A stretch of DNA of 64,000 nucleotides from Tubiluchus corallicola (GCA_030141605.1 JAQGDQ010000226.1:297986-361985), one strand, 5' to 3'; positions 21,223 to 45,810 are shown, counted from the first letter of the stretch. Notes: generated by a model from the sequence alone, not told the origin. Numbers and translations: made by a program.

Positions 21223-21349
21223 CAGTCACTAAAAACAAAAAAATAAAAAACAGCAAAATTAAAGCTGCTCAAAATTACCCTCATTGATGACAGGTATATA
21301 TAAGTAATATTTCATAGGTTAATTATGTGCAATAGTTTTAGTCAATATT

Positions 21350-22200
21350 GTATTTTTTTATTTATTTATTATTATTATCACATTCAGTACAATATAATGA
21401 CACACAGTGACATCAAAATTATTACATCTACTATATTTAATTGTTATGTTTCATACACTATCGTTATCATAAAAGAATAATTGTACTGCAGTGGGCTACA
21501 GAAGCAAAGGCTTGAATAAGCCCACTGTCATGTGAACCCGATAAAAAATGAATGGATGAGTGAACAAAAAAAAGAACTGGGAGAAAGGTTAGATCACACA
21601 GGAAGGGTAGAAGGATGTGTTAGTGGAAATGGTAGGAAGAAAGATAATAGATTGCGGTATGTTGACATCAGCTCTAAAAATTTATCAATGATGTCTTGTT
21701 TTGCATAATCTGTACCAGGATTATAAACGGCACCTATAAACGGCAACAATTATTATTCTACTAATGTGGCTTTCACAAAATCGGAATTATCTAAAACACG
21801 AAAAACACATAGACTTCTGAATAAAGAGAAGATTTTTTTGTAGCATTTTGTAGACAGTTTTATTGCAGTAGTTTCTGGTTTAATCACGATAAATGAAATA
21901 TTGAAAGAATGCGAATTACTTATAATAATACCATTAGAGGACGCTATAATCTTCCCTTTTGCTGTAGTGCAAATACGTGTTAGCTATAGTGTACCAAGTG
22001 TTTCATGCACATGTAGGAAAGCTGCGTTTAGTCTCAGGCTGTTTTTGAGTAAGAACACTGTTATTAAAAACTTCCTGTACAATACGGATACAATTTTTAG
22101 ATCAAACATTTTTAAGTCGTAGCAAAGAGTTTCATTTGCCCATTCTAACTAACCCTTTCTTGTTTATAAGCTTAACTATGTTTCTGTAAAGTAACTCTGT
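21350..22200 (-). mobile_element. LINE-derived element: 3' tail with hairpin plus possible degenerate endonuclease fragment
   Basis: Hairpin cagtgggct...agcccactg; minus-strand IIIVAVY...NPGTDYAKQDIIDKF resembles an AP-endonuclease strand; copies at 22248-22668 and 31655-32016. Confidence 0.55.
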
Positions 22201-22247
22201 GCTTTTACTTGTGCCTTATGTATATATCCTTATGTATATAGCCTAAT

Positions 22248-22668
22248 GACAAGTACAACACTTCCTAATATCCTACACCTACTGCAGCAGTCATACCACA
22301 ATCCTGGTACAGATTATGCAAAACGAGGCATCATTGATAAATCTTTAGAGCTGATGTCAACATAGCGCAATCTATTATCTTTCTTCCTACCATTTCCACT
22401 AACACATCCTTCTACCCTTCCTGTGTGATCTAACCTTTTTCCCAGTTCTTTTTTTTTTGTTCACTCATCCATTCCTTTTTATCGGGTTCACATGACAGTG
22501 GGCTTATACAAGCCTTTGCTTCTCTAGCCCACTGCAGTACAATAATTCTTTTATGATAACGATAGTGTATGAAACATAACAATTTAATATAGTAGATGTA
22601 ATAATTTTGATGTCACTGTGTGCTTTATATTGTACTGAATGTGATAATAATAATAAATAAAAAAAATA
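22248..22668 (+). mobile_element. Inverted copy of the same LINE-derived 3' segment
   Basis: Near-identical reverse complement of 21350-21722 with an A-rich tail. Confidence 0.7.
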
Positions 22669-23301
22669 TATGTATATAGCCTTATGTAAGTATTGTGCCT
22701 TACTGTAAATGTCTGAAATAAAATAAATAATTAAAAAAATTCGAGATATAAACTCATCGCATCAGTGCGCTATTATATAATTCATATGTTTAAAACTATG
22801 TCACCAACCTGTATTACTTGCAGTACAATGGAAAACTTCCGGTGTTCATACTTGCGTCGTAAAATATTACAACAAAGCGTAGAGTGAACTACATTAGCTA
22901 TATTCTTTTATTTAGCTGAGAAACACTTTCGATTAATAACCCGTTTTTAATGTAGTGAAAACTAGAACGTAGAAGTAGAGCATTGACATGACATGTGTCA
23001 ACTATTATGTGAAGATCTTTGAGAGATGGCGGCTTACACAAAGGGTCTCGACATACCCGTCTAGACAAACGTTTTATGCGCTGATTAGTTCTTAGATAAT
23101 AAAAGAATTGATTTATAAAATGATATGCCCAAGGCGAGCTGGGACACGGAAAACACTTGTGTCTATATAATACTAGTTGACTGTCTGTTTAACATGAGAA
23201 TAAGTCCCGTGTGCCAAAATAATAATTGCACTTTAGTGTAAAACTTTCTGAAAAAAACGTAACTTGAATTAAGTGCGTGACGACCCGTCAACGTTCTACA
23301 T

Positions 23302-23776
23302 CAGGGATGTGCAAATTGCGGCCCACCGAGAGAATTTGTGTGGCCCGCGAAGAGATTTCTCAACCTAATGAAAGTGTGGCCCAGGTGATTAATTGAGTGT
23401 ATCCAGCTGAAGTCCGTGCCACGATCCCAAAGATAGTGCGGGTAGTTTTTTCTACTAGATCAGATGCCATTAACCCTTACAAGACGGTTGTAGCTTAATG
23501 TCACTGTACTACACGGACTGTGTGATACACATTACTAATATGCATTGTAATGAAATTACCACTAGCTGTCCTGAAAGTAGAAATATATGGTTTGTAATAT
23601 AAATTTTAATAACTAGTTTCTTGAGTGTAGTAGTAATGATGTACGCAGGTCGGATGCAAAAAAAATCGTTATTAGGCCTTTCTGTACTTGGCTCCTTGAT
23701 CAAACTGCCTGTGGCCCACAGGAATTGCGGGAACGTTTAATGTGGCCCAGCTAGTCAGATAATTTGCACACCCCTG
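23302..23776. mobile_element. hAT-type MITE, family 2
   Basis: TIRs CAGGGATGTGCAAA and TTTGCACACCCCTG; degenerate TSD; inverted sister copy at 63171-63659. Confidence 0.85.
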
Positions 23777-24149
23777 GCTTACATTATGGAAGGTAATAAA
23801 TGCTTGGTTTTCAACTAACCTCAAAACAAGATTGTTTTTAATGAAGGTAGGAATGCTGATACTTTTTATCATCATTATCATCACTAGTGTGCCCCAATCA
23901 CTAGTGATGATACTAATTAATTAATTAATTAATTGATTAAATGTGTATGCAGCTATAATTATATCCTTCTTTATTGAAATTGAGAAATCAGCGGTTTAAA
24001 ACTTTCCTTTTCTATTTACAAAAGTTTTATTTAAAGCTGAATTTCTTTCAAATTTGCGATTTTTGTTTTTTGCAATCCTTACACGTTTTGAACTGAATGC
24101 AGAATCATATGCCATGGGCTATATTTTTTTCTTAGTAGATATTCTTATA

Positions 24150-25220
24150 ATAGAATAGGATGAAATGGAATGGAATAGAATGGAATAGAATAGAATAGAA
24201 TAGAATAGGATAGAATAGAATAGAATAGAATAGAATAGAATAGAATAGAATAGAATAGAATAGAATAGAATAGAATAGAATAGAATAGAATAGAATTGAA
24301 TTGAATTGAATTGAATTGAATTGAATTGAATTGAATTGAATTGAATTGAATTGAATAAAATAGAGTAGAGTGGAGTGGAGTGGAGTGGAGTGGAGTGGAG
24401 TGGGTGGAGTGGAGTGGAGTGGAGTGGAGTGGAATGGAATGGAATGGAATGGAATGGAGTGGAGTGGAGTGGAGTGGAATAGAATAGAATAGAATAGAAT
24501 AGAATAGAATAGAATAGAATAGAATAGAATAGAATACAGTGGAATGGAATAGAATGGAATAGAATGGAATAGAATGGAATAGAATGGAATAGAATAGAAT
24601 AGAATAGAATAGAATAGAATAGAATAGAATAGAATAGAATAGAATAGAATAGAATAGAATAGAATAGAATAGAATAGAATTGAATAAAATAGAGTAGAGT
24701 AGAGCAGAGTGGAGTGGAGTGGAGTGGAGTGGAATGGAATGGAATGGAATGGAATGGAGTGGAGTGGAGTGGAGTGGAGTGGAGTGGAGTGGAGTGGAGT
24801 GGAGTAGAATAGAATAGAATAGAATAGAATAGAATAGAATAGAATAGAATAGAATAGAATAGAATAGAATAGAATAGAATAGAATAGAATAGAATAGAAT
24901 AGAATTGAATTGAATAGAATAAAATAGAGAGGAGTGGAGTGGAGTGGAATGGAATGGAATGGAATGGAGTGGAGTGGAGTGGAATAGAATAGAATAGAAT
25001 AGAATAGAATAGAATAGAATAGAATAGAATAGAATAGAATAGAATAGAATAGAATAGAATAGAATAGAATAGAAACAGAACAGAACAGAACAGAATAGAA
25101 TAGAATAGAATAGAATAGAATAGAATAGAATAGAATAGAATAGAATAGAATAGAATAGAATAGAATAGAATAGAAACAGAACAGAACAGAACAGAACAGA
25201 ACAGAACAGAACAGAATAGA
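24150..25220. repeat. Compound pentanucleotide microsatellite (GAATA/GAATG/GAGTG/GAATT/GAACA)
   Basis: Directly visible. Confidence 0.95.
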
Positions 25221-25271
25221 GGTTCGTTTCTATATTATTGTTATCATTATTATAACTCATTTAGTAAAATG

Positions 25272-25735
25272 TATTTTATTTTGTTTTGCTTTGTTTTGTT
25301 TTGTTTTGTTTTATTTTATTTTTTTTATTTTATTTTATTTCATTTCATTTCATTTCATTTCATTTCATTTGATTCGATTCGATTCGATTCGATTCGATTC
25401 GATTCGATTCGATTCGACTCGACTCGACTCGACTCGACTCGACTCGACTCGACTCGACTCGACTCGACTCGACTCGACTGGACTGGACTGGACTGGACTG
25501 GACTGCACTGCACTGCACTGCACTGCACTGCACTGCACTCCACTCCACTCCACTCCACTCCACTCCACTCCACTCCACTCCACTCCACTCCACTCGATTC
25601 GATTCGATTCGATTCGATTCGATTTCATTTCATTTCATTTCATTTCATTTCATTTCATTTCATTTCATTTCATTTCATTTCATTTCATTTCATTTTATTT
25701 GATTTGATTTGATTTCATTTTATTTGATTTTATTA
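25272..25735. repeat. Compound pentanucleotide microsatellite with stepwise motif changes
   Basis: Blocks of TTTTG, TTTTA, CATTT, GATTC, GACTC, GACTG, CACTG, CACTC, GATTC, CATTT. Confidence 0.95.
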
Positions 25736-26454
25736 TCTAGAATACAAACACCCACCACATGATGGTGAAACACGTGGGTGGGCCCGTTTCATTGCTCGCT
25801 TTCGTCACTGGCTGGTGCTGCTTAAAACTATTGGTTAATTTATTCATTGACTTTTAATAGAAATACGTTACATGGGCCGAGGCACGTAGTCTGTTCATCT
25901 GCTTGGGAAAAACTACACGTGAAGTTATTAAATTGCGCTTAATATATGTTGTCATGTAGAATTAAACACAAAAGAAACAAAGTATAAAGTTCATAAGTTT
26001 TCGAGCGTGTTAACATAAAGTAAACATAAGTTTTAAGTTTAATCGTTATTTGTTCTAAGTTTGTGTGAACAGAGTACTTTAGCTAACAGAATAGTTTATG
26101 TAAAGTTTGCCTATGTGATCATTACTCTTTTGAGGTTTTAATAAAAATTCCTTCAAATCATAATTGATTTTGATTGTGTTGCTTATCGGCCCGAAAGGTA
26201 ACAAAATAAAAAATTCAAAAATAAAATAGTGAATGAATTCAGATCTTAATCCGCGAGCATAATGCCTTCACCGTTTTTACACCTGACTATACCTGGTCGA
26301 GTGTGATGTCAAAATTTGCAGATTAATTACGCTCAAGTGTGACTAACCAATGTGTACGTTGCTCTTGACCTACAGTGTTTATATAGGTCAGCGTTTCCCT
26401 GGGCTTTTCTATTTCGCTTCTCTAAACCAATTTTATTATTTGATGCGATTTCTT

Positions 26455-26521
26455 GTTTGTCTGTTTGCTTGTCTGTCTGTTTCTCTGTGTGCCTGTCTGT
26501 CTGTCTGTTTCTCTGCCTGCC

Positions 26522-26576
<55 letters not shown>
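26455..26576. repeat. (CTGT)n microsatellite
   Basis: Directly visible. Confidence 0.95.
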
Positions 26577-27757
26577 AAGACAGTACTTTTCGTTTGTAAC
26601 AACTAGTCCAGTCATATTAGCCGGTACGATTATGACAAAAATAATGTCATCATTCAGAATCTCTTGAAATCCATTCTGAGTAAAAAGTTTACAATGCTTT
26701 ACATTTAGAATGGCCGCCAACATGCCTTTAGAAGCAAAATAGCTCAGTTAAGAAACATTGTGGGCTGCAGGAATATATTATCAGCTAATAGAATAATGAG
26801 TTTAATGTAGCAGAGAATAATGAGTTTAATTTAGTATCCTCTGGCTTTTCTATTGTGTGTTCAATTCCTGGTGCATTCAATAAAACTTAATAGTCAATTC
26901 AGTGGTCGTGTCTTAAAGATCATTTCGCATTGACAAGCCAATATCTACGACTCGACGTCAAAAATGTAACGATATTTCAACATTAGTGTAACCTGAGTTG
27001 CGTGATGTATCATACATTAAACTAGTGATGTATAATGTTATAACATGTCTCGACCTACTTATAAATTAAACATAATCTTTGAAAGAAACCGACACCACGC
27101 GTACAGTAGTTGCAAAATAATTATTATCTAGCATGAGTAGGAAAAAAAATCTGGCGGGAACACCCTTCTGAGTAAAATTCAGGAAATAAACGCAAACTAA
27201 ACTAAATTTTGTTTAGAAACTTTTATTAGAAGTTTTGTCAAGTTTTTAAATGTCAAAATTCAAAAAGGCGCTAAAACAGTACAGGACAATTCAATGGAGA
27301 TGTAGTGTGTATAGCATAAGTATTAACATTAATATAACAGAAACCCTCCTATATTTAATATAGACGTCATTTGAAGCAGCGACAACCAGCAATTAACAGC
27401 AAAATATTCATCAATTATAAAGCTATATATAACCGTCACAAAAGATGTGTAACTGTTGTTTATTATCTTTTAAACGTTTTTTACATCCTTTGTAGGCTAG
27501 TAAATCGTAACTTTAAAATACCTTGTACAACATTGGCACATACATAGTAAACATACATGCATACTATACGTAATAAGATACATATTGGCGTTGCAATTGA
27601 AGAGGTAACATCTTTAACTTTTGCTGTAAAACACCCGTGTAACTGACAGGTAGTTTTTTTTTAAATCTTCGTGAAGTAAATTTGCGAAGACAATAAATTT
27701 AATAGACTAGAAAAAAGTTTAATAGCCACATCGCTGTTCGATCGGACCAATGAGAGC

Positions 27758-28380
27758 TGTACGTACGTACGTAAGTAAGTAAGTACGTAGGTAGGTAGGT
27801 CGGTAGGTAGGTAGGCAGGCAGGCAGGCAGGCAAGCAAGCAAGGAAGCAAGCAAGCAAGCAAGTAAGCAAGCGAGCGAGCGAGCGAGCGAGTGAGTGAGT
27901 GAGTGAGTGAGTGAGTGAGTGAGTGAGTGAGTGAGTGAGTGAGTGAGTGAGTGAGGGAGTGAGTGAGGGAGTGGGTGCACGAGCGAGTGAGTGAGTGAAT
28001 GAGTGAGTGAGTGAGCGATTGAGTGAGCGAGTGAGTGAGTAAGTGAGTGCGTGAGCGAGTGATTGAGGGAGTGAATGAGTGAGTGAGTGAGTTTGAGTGA
28101 GTGAGTGAGTGAGTGTGAGTGAGTGAGTGAGTGAGTGTGAGTGAGTGAGTGAGTGAGTGAGTGAGTGAGTGAGTGAGTGAGTGAGTGAGTGAGTGAGTGA
28201 GTGAGTGAGTGAGTGAGTGAGTGAGTGAGTGAGTGAGTGAGTGAGTGAGTGAGTGAGTGAGTGAGTGAGTGAGTGAGTGAGTGAGTGAGTGAGTGAGTGA
28301 GTGAGTGAGAGTGAGAGTGAGTGAGTGAGTGAGTGAGAGTGAGTGAGTAAGTAAGTAAGCAAGTAAGTAAAAGTAAGTAA
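27758..28380. repeat. Compound tetranucleotide microsatellite (GTAC, GTAA, GTAG, GCAG, GCAA, GCGA, GTGA)
   Basis: Directly visible. Confidence 0.95.
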
Positions 28381-28689
28381 GAAAGTTGTTCGCTCAGTCA
28401 GTAAATATTTTTCACCTTTTACAAAAACAGGACGTGCAACAATATTGTAATCAAACCATTAATAATGATTTATAGAGAAAAATAAAATTATAACAATATA
28501 ATGTTGTTTGGTGAATGAGTGGTGAAAGATTTTAGCCGCCCAGTTTTAACTTAAAAGTGTCTAGCAGCTCTAGCTGTGAACAAATACATGTGCTGCCATC
28601 TATAAAATGCAATTAATCTGTTAGATAGAATTTGGCATTTAAATTATTACAATTGCTTAAGAGATAATTAAGTATTTATGCATATTACG

Positions 28690-28873
28690 TACATTACTGT
28701 ATATCACGTATATGCTGTATATCACGTATATGCTGTATATTACGTATATACTGTATATCACGTATATGCTGTATATCACGTATATGCTGTATATCACGTA
28801 TATGCTGTATATTACGTATATACTGTATATTACGTATATGCTGTATATCACGTATATGCTGTATATTACGTAC
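28690..28873. repeat. 18-bp minisatellite (about 10 units)
   Basis: Unit gtatatcacgtatatgct. Confidence 0.9.
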
Positions 28874-30094
28874 TGCAAACTACATACTGCTTGCGCTGTA
28901 CAAACAGTTTAATAAGAATTTTCAATATATTTTTCCTTTAAAAAGCTCCTTTCAAAATCAGTTAGTCTCACCAACGTGTCTGTGTGACACTTCTGTTTCG
29001 TTGAAATGACTAGAAGTACCCCCCAAATTCATGCGCAAATTTTATTTACCCACTTCCATTTTAAATTGTATGTATATATTGTATATAGTCTATTATAATT
29101 TGCGCGTAACATTATAATGTATATTTTGTTTTAAATTTTTGGCACAGTAGTTTTTAGTTTGCACTGGACGCATTTGCCTTTAACAGTTGTGTGAATTTTA
29201 TTCTAATTCTCATTCGTGACAAACGTTTTATTTGCGTTGTAGAAGCAGCTCCATTGTTGAAAAGCAAAATTTCAGCATTCGACTTTTTTCAAGTAATTAT
29301 TATTTTGATTAATAGCTGATGAGAAACCCAATAACAGCAGGTTACCGAACCTCTGGAACAAACACATTCGCAAAGCAAAAAATGCAAGCCTCCCTTTTAA
29401 ATTGTGTATCAAATGTGTAGCCATGGCAACTCATAGCGTACTTCAACCATTCAGCACACATACACACATAACATAATTTTTTGTCTTGTTCGTGCAAAGT
29501 AACTTGTCTACTACTAATCAAGTTTTTCTTCGCTGACCATTTCGCTGACCATTTCCATCCCTTTAACGTCACACGAGGAGTTTAACTCGACGAGAAGGAC
29601 GTCTTTGCTTTTGCCCATTTTTGCTGTTTGGTCGATTCCGAATTCGACGCGGCAAAGACGACGAAGAGCTTCCGCCTGAAATTTCAAAAGTTTAACTGTC
29701 ATTATCCAGTATTTTGCATTAAGTGATTGCAACTGGAGGCATATAGAGTAAACCGTTTCACGATGAAAATTGCACATTTTTATGTTTTTAGCTATAAACA
29801 TAAACAAACCACGTACTACTTATGAGAAACATTTGTCAATGAAATATGAAATGAGTCAAACATTGCAAATGTTCATATGACAACTCTACAGACTTAAAAA
29901 TAGGCTAGAGAAGAAGAGGAAGAGGATTTCTCCTTATGTGTTTTTTTCCAACCGCACGATTAACTAGATATATAATAAAATGTAGCATATAACATAAATT
30001 TATATTAAGATCATATGATCTATTAAAATATTTTATACGCAAGAAGAGGAAGACAAACAAACCTATCGTACAAATTAAAAACTACCTAATCGTA

Positions 30095-30555
30095 TATTAT
30101 AATATAATATAATATAATGTAGTGTAGTGTAGTGTAGTGTAGTGTAGTGTAGTGTAGTGTAGTGTAGTGTAGTGTAGTGTAGTGTAGTGTAGTGTAGTGT
30201 AGTGTAGTGTAGTGTAGTGTAGTGTAGTGTAGTGTAGTGTAGTGTAGTGTAGTGTAGTGTAGTGTAGAGTAGTGTAGTGTAGTGTAGTGTAGTGTAGTGT
30301 AGTGTAGTGTAGTGTAGTGTAGTGTAGTGTAGTGTAGTGTAGTGTAGTGTAGTGTAGTGTAGTGTAGTGTAGTGTAGTGTAGTGTAGTGTAGTGTAGTGT
30401 AGTGTAGTGTAGTGTAGTATGACATGACATGACATGACATGACATGACATGACATGACATGACATGACATGACATGACATGACATGACATGACATGACAT
30501 GACATGACATGACATGACATGACATGACATGACATGACATGACATGACATGACAT
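30095..30555. repeat. (GTAGT)n plus (GACAT)n compound pentamer microsatellite
   Basis: Directly visible. Confidence 0.95.
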
Positions 30556-30731
30556 TAAATTAAAAGCAACTGGCCATGATTAGCTTTGAGTTTAAACATT
30601 AAAATCGCCATCTTTAAATCAATAATATGTTTAAATTTTAATAATTTTAACTTAAGATACAAGTCGTTTGTGTGATCATGAACACTACAAATTTACAAGC
30701 GAAATAAATACCATTCTTTATTTGATAGATA

Positions 30732-41083
<10,352 letters not shown>

Positions 41084-41295
41084 AAGCGCCTGCAAGCAGA
41101 AAAACATTTTTGTAAATTTCGCTAAGTTTTGTCCTTATCCAAAACAGATACAGGAAAAAACGAGAAGCAAGAGATGTGAGGGAGGGGAGGGGGGTTGTTA
41201 GGTTTGACTAACGTTGGTTTAACGCTTAATCTGCTGATTTTCACTGCCCAGGTGTTTCCAAAAATGGCAACGTTACAGGCTCGTCTGCTTAAATG

Positions 41296-41662
41296 ACAAA
41301 TATATATATATAAATTCTTTATTTGTCATTAAAATGGTTCACTCATTATAATAAAATTGAGTGAGCCTCAGCGTAATGTTAAAATAACAACACTGTTCAA
41401 GACAAATCCGTCCAGTGCATACTGAAAAAAAACTAAAGTGCAAAACTAAGGTCTAATTATATACAATAAATGAACATATTTACAAACACCATATTAAAAT
41501 ATTTTCACAAAACAATTTTACAAAAGTACATTAAATTTTACATGACATATTTTACACTATTTATACATTTGACATTACAAAACTAACATAACACGTATTT
41601 TTTTAAAATACGTACATTACATATTTTTTTAAAAAAATTTATTTTTAATAGTTTTATGGAGT
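41296..41662 (-). mobile_element. Inverted copy of the 31164-31605 retroelement fragment
   Basis: Reverse-complement similarity over about 350 bp. Confidence 0.7.
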
Positions 41663-41809
41663 CGGGGGCTAAAAATGAATTTTTTTTTAAAAAATTATGT
41701 GACATGTTCTTTATTTTCTCCCTTTTTTACGTAATAATTAGTTTAATCATAATGATTATATTAGTAATGACAGACTAATCTGTTGGCTGTTGTAGCGCTA
41801 CAGGATATA

Positions 41810-42830
41810 AACGTCACTGACTCACCTTCCCAGTGTGCACCACTGATTTATACAAAAAAAACATATTTTTAATCTTCTTCATAAGATAAAGCAATTTATA
41901 CTTTTGATTAGTTTGTGAAGTGTGCACTACGAATGCTCTGAATATCTTTTACACTGTAAGCAATGTTATCTAAACTTGTTTCAAACGAGTTACTGTGAGG
42001 AGGAGGAAGGAGCATTTAGCTTTCGAGTCCTCCTCCAGATAAGTGAAACAATTGACAATTAACATTACATTTTCATCAGTTATAACGTACATTAGCACAA
42101 AATAAGTTTTATTAGTAACTTAAGATCAGGATGAGTAAAATTGTGAGTCAATTATACCGTTCTAGTAGGTAATTCTTTGATGCTTTTTTAAATTGATAAA
42201 GATTAAGAGTTTTCATTTCACGCGGAATTGATGACCATATTTTAATAGCATTATATTTTGATGACTGTTTCATTATATTTGTTTTTAGAAGAGGGAGTAC
42301 ATTGTTTTCAACTGAATATCTTGTGTAATGATCATGTTGATTTGAAACTGGACTAAAGTATGACTGAAAAGCTGGTGGAAGTAGTGAATTATGATACTGA
42401 TACATGAAATGAAGACAATACATGTCATATATTTCTTTCACTTTAAGAGTTTTAACAGACAAGTAAATTATGTTTGTGGGATGGTCATAGCTTACATGAT
42501 ATGTTAGTTTGAGAATTTTGTTCTGGGTAATTTGTAAAGCTTCCAGATTACTTTTATATACACCACCCCAAGACATGACGCCATATATTAGATATGGGTA
42601 GACTAAACTGTAATAGATTTTCATCAATGTTTCTCTATTAACAAACTTGCGTAATTTATTACATAAGTACGGAATTAATGACGGTCATTGCGGGAGATTA
42701 AATTTACCAGTTTACACAGCTTTACTGCTGATACAAGCTCTATGCGCAATAACGCAGTATGCAGGTGATAAAAAATTTAAGATGAATTTGTTTAGCTTTA
42801 CGTAAGTAAATGGTTTTCTTGTCGTTTTAG
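41810..42830 (-). mobile_element. 26-bp-unit dispersed repeat split by a nested LINE fragment
   Basis: 41810-41980 and 42680-42830 match consecutive parts of the reverse complement of 11900-12260. Confidence 0.65.
41981..42665 (-). mobile_element. 5'-truncated CR1/L2-group LINE (ORF2 C-terminus plus 3' UTR)
   Basis: YYSLVYPYLIYGVMSWG...QNKILK...KIWSSIP...FKK motifs. Confidence 0.85.
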
Positions 42831-44076
42831 TGTCGGAGGGAAAAAGAATTTAGCGAGTTTAATAGCACTAGGTAGTATCTTTCTTATTGAAAGGCCTACT
42901 TCACATTGTTCAATGTTCATCCAACTAGAATCAGGAAGACACAACTAATATAATTTTAATTGATGTTTCTTTCTTATAATTTACCGAATCGCTTTCATAC
43001 CGATTTAATCGACAAGCGTGATACGTGTAATAATCAGTCAGTACCTATTGATGTTTTGTATAAAATTTATTCAGCCTTGGCCTAGTGACTCTAGTCTGAG
43101 GTCAAGAAATCGAACTTATTACCATATTACAATCGTCCGAGATTGCAAGTGAATACAGTCAAACTCATCCTAAATAAACTTTAAAGATATACCCTACATT
43201 GGCTTGTATCGGTTCAATAATAGTTTTAATAGATCGCGAAGCTAGTGTTGCAAATAGTGTGAATATCACGCATATCACTGCGAGTTCATTTGTGACGCTT
43301 TAGATGTAGTTGTTTGAAATTTTTTTAAAGTTTTGATAGTACTTCACATCGCATGCTTAATGTCAGACATACTACCCTTTAGTATGAAGGCTAGCCAAGT
43401 AAAAATATGTAGGGTAGCTAAGCAAAATCCCGTTCAGTTACACTCTTTCATGTACAATGCTAACTGTATCTCTTTAAGTCACTGAATGCTTAAAACAGTC
43501 AGAATAAGATCCCATCATAAATTGGTTGACCTAAACAAAATAACTTAAAATGTCATATAATATAAAATATATAAAAACTCCCACCTTTAAATGGGAAAAA
43601 GCTGCATTTCTGTGCACGAATTTTTCTTTTACTCTCCAACTTGGCAAGTCTTTGTAACACTTTAACGTTAATTAATGACCTCCATATCAAATACACATAT
43701 CTATTTTTATTAATACATGACACTATTCTATAGTTATTAGAGTGGAACCCTGCTTAGAGTAGCAGGTGTGAAAGGTGGAAGGTTTAATTTATTTCCTTCA
43801 GATGTTGATGACTTGAAAACTGTCATACCGCTAAAATATTGTGAAAAACGTGAATATCCCTCGTTGTACATGATGTGTACGGGTTACACTTTGCGTATAA
43901 CAGGGTAAGATGTTCCAGTATATTACAGGCATTTGTTTTCTCTAACTGAATTACTTTGATGAAAACTGGCTCGTTTTTACCTATTTTCGTCTTGCTATCA
44001 GAAATTACCAATAATCTATAAGTACTTTTAGCACGCTGACAACTGTAGTCCTGCTCTGTATATTTGAATAAGCAAA

Positions 44077-44258
44077 AATAATAATAATAATAATAATAAC
44101 AACAACAACTATTATTATCATTATTATCGTTATCGTTGTTGGTACTGTTATTATTATTACTATTAGTATTATTATTATTGTTGTTGTTGTTGTTATTGTT
44201 ATTATTATTACTAATATTATTATTGCTATTATTATTATTATCATTATTGTTGTTGTTA

Positions 44259-44308
<50 letters not shown>

Positions 44309-44327
44309 TATGTTATTGTTGTTGTTA

Positions 44328-44419
<92 letters not shown>

Positions 44420-44420
44420 G
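44077..44420. repeat. (ATT)n/(GTT)n microsatellite
   Basis: Directly visible. Confidence 0.95.
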
Positions 44421-45659
44421 GACGATTGTCTAAACATTAGTTCAGAACAAAGAATGCTCTAACATATTGAAAACTATAATAGCCTTTTTAGATTAAATAA
44501 TAATTAATATTATAATAAATAATAATAATAACATTACTCAAAGTTCGTTAAACTTTCAAAGCTACACGCGGTTCAGTGAATCTACTAAGATTGGCAATGG
44601 TGCCTTTTTGTCACATTCGCATGGCCGATGAATAGAATGCTGCACCGTGATAAGTGCTGTGTTAGTTTCTGACATCGTTTCGTGACATCACGCGTTTAAA
44701 CAGTACTGTAACACTTATGCAAATGTGCTTGATGCGCAAGAAAAGATGCCTGCCGTTAATTAACTTTCTGTACTAATTATTCAAATATAGGAAACAATTG
44801 CTAACTTTTATAAGCAAGAAAATGTATATTTTGGACAGTAAATTGAAATGAGATTGAGTCTAAATAATCGTCCGGTCTTCCTTTAAGTACAACTGTTAAT
44901 ATTCATGTATTTAAGATTGTACAGAAATTTATATTTCTAACTAAGTGCTTCTTACGTTTGTATTAGTTTATATTGCTTACATAGTAATATTAAAGTCATT
45001 CTCAACATGATGTTACGTAGATATCTATACAGCGAGTAGTCATACTCTAATGCTTCTGCTGTTTGTCTATTATCTGCAGTCTACTAAGTGTTATGTTTCA
45101 TTGATGAGAACGTTCATCAGTTGTTAAAAGTTGTCAGTATATTGTAATATATTTCTTATTCAACAAAAATATGTTTAAGATAACTTTTCGCGTTTAGTTA
45201 CTCCACCAATCATTACATAAATACGTTCACGTGTACTCAGGTTGTTAAATCTTTTTTGAGTTGCTCATATTAACTGTGTTAATTGACAAATGGCCCATAT
45301 TGGCTGTTGATAAGCGCGCCAATGCACCTTTAACTTCGGAATGTGACAGAGATGTTAATTAAAATTGTAATTAGTTTCGGTCATTGCTTTTTTTCAAATA
45401 CATCATAACGTATTAGTGGAAACGTCGTGTTAAGGGAAACACGTAATGTATAAAACGTGATACTGTCAGTGTGAGCATAAATCATTGTAATTTGTCACAT
45501 TATAAGCTTCAGTAATCAAGTTTTAGCAATAAAATTTTAATGTGTAATGTTTCGCCTAAAGGTCAATTTAGCTTTATTTTAAATTAATATTCCTAAGTAG
45601 TCCATCACCTTTTACATTTGCATAGAAATAAATTTCATGAATATATATGTATGTATGTA

Positions 45660-45810
45660 TATATAATAATCTTTATTTGCCATTAAAATACATTGATAAT
45701 CACTGATAAAAACTTTACAGAGATGATCAATCAGTGTTAGTTAATAAAAACTTACACTGCTAAAGGCAAATACGTCAGTGCAATCTAAACTACTGTGCAG
45801 TAATGGAAAG
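45660..45810 (-). mobile_element. Diverged retroelement 3' tail of the aatggcaaataaagatt family
   Basis: aatctttatttgccatt...aatcagtgttagtt...ggcaaatacgtc resembles 3208-3310. Confidence 0.55.

Noticed and set aside
24145-25712. Long ILFYS/STPLH-type ORFs (and similar poly-ER, LTHS, LTYL, poly-N ORFs elsewhere)
   Set aside because: Microsatellite translations.
29342-29807. Possible decayed transposase zinc-finger fragment
   Set aside because: Only vague W/C motifs across broken frames.
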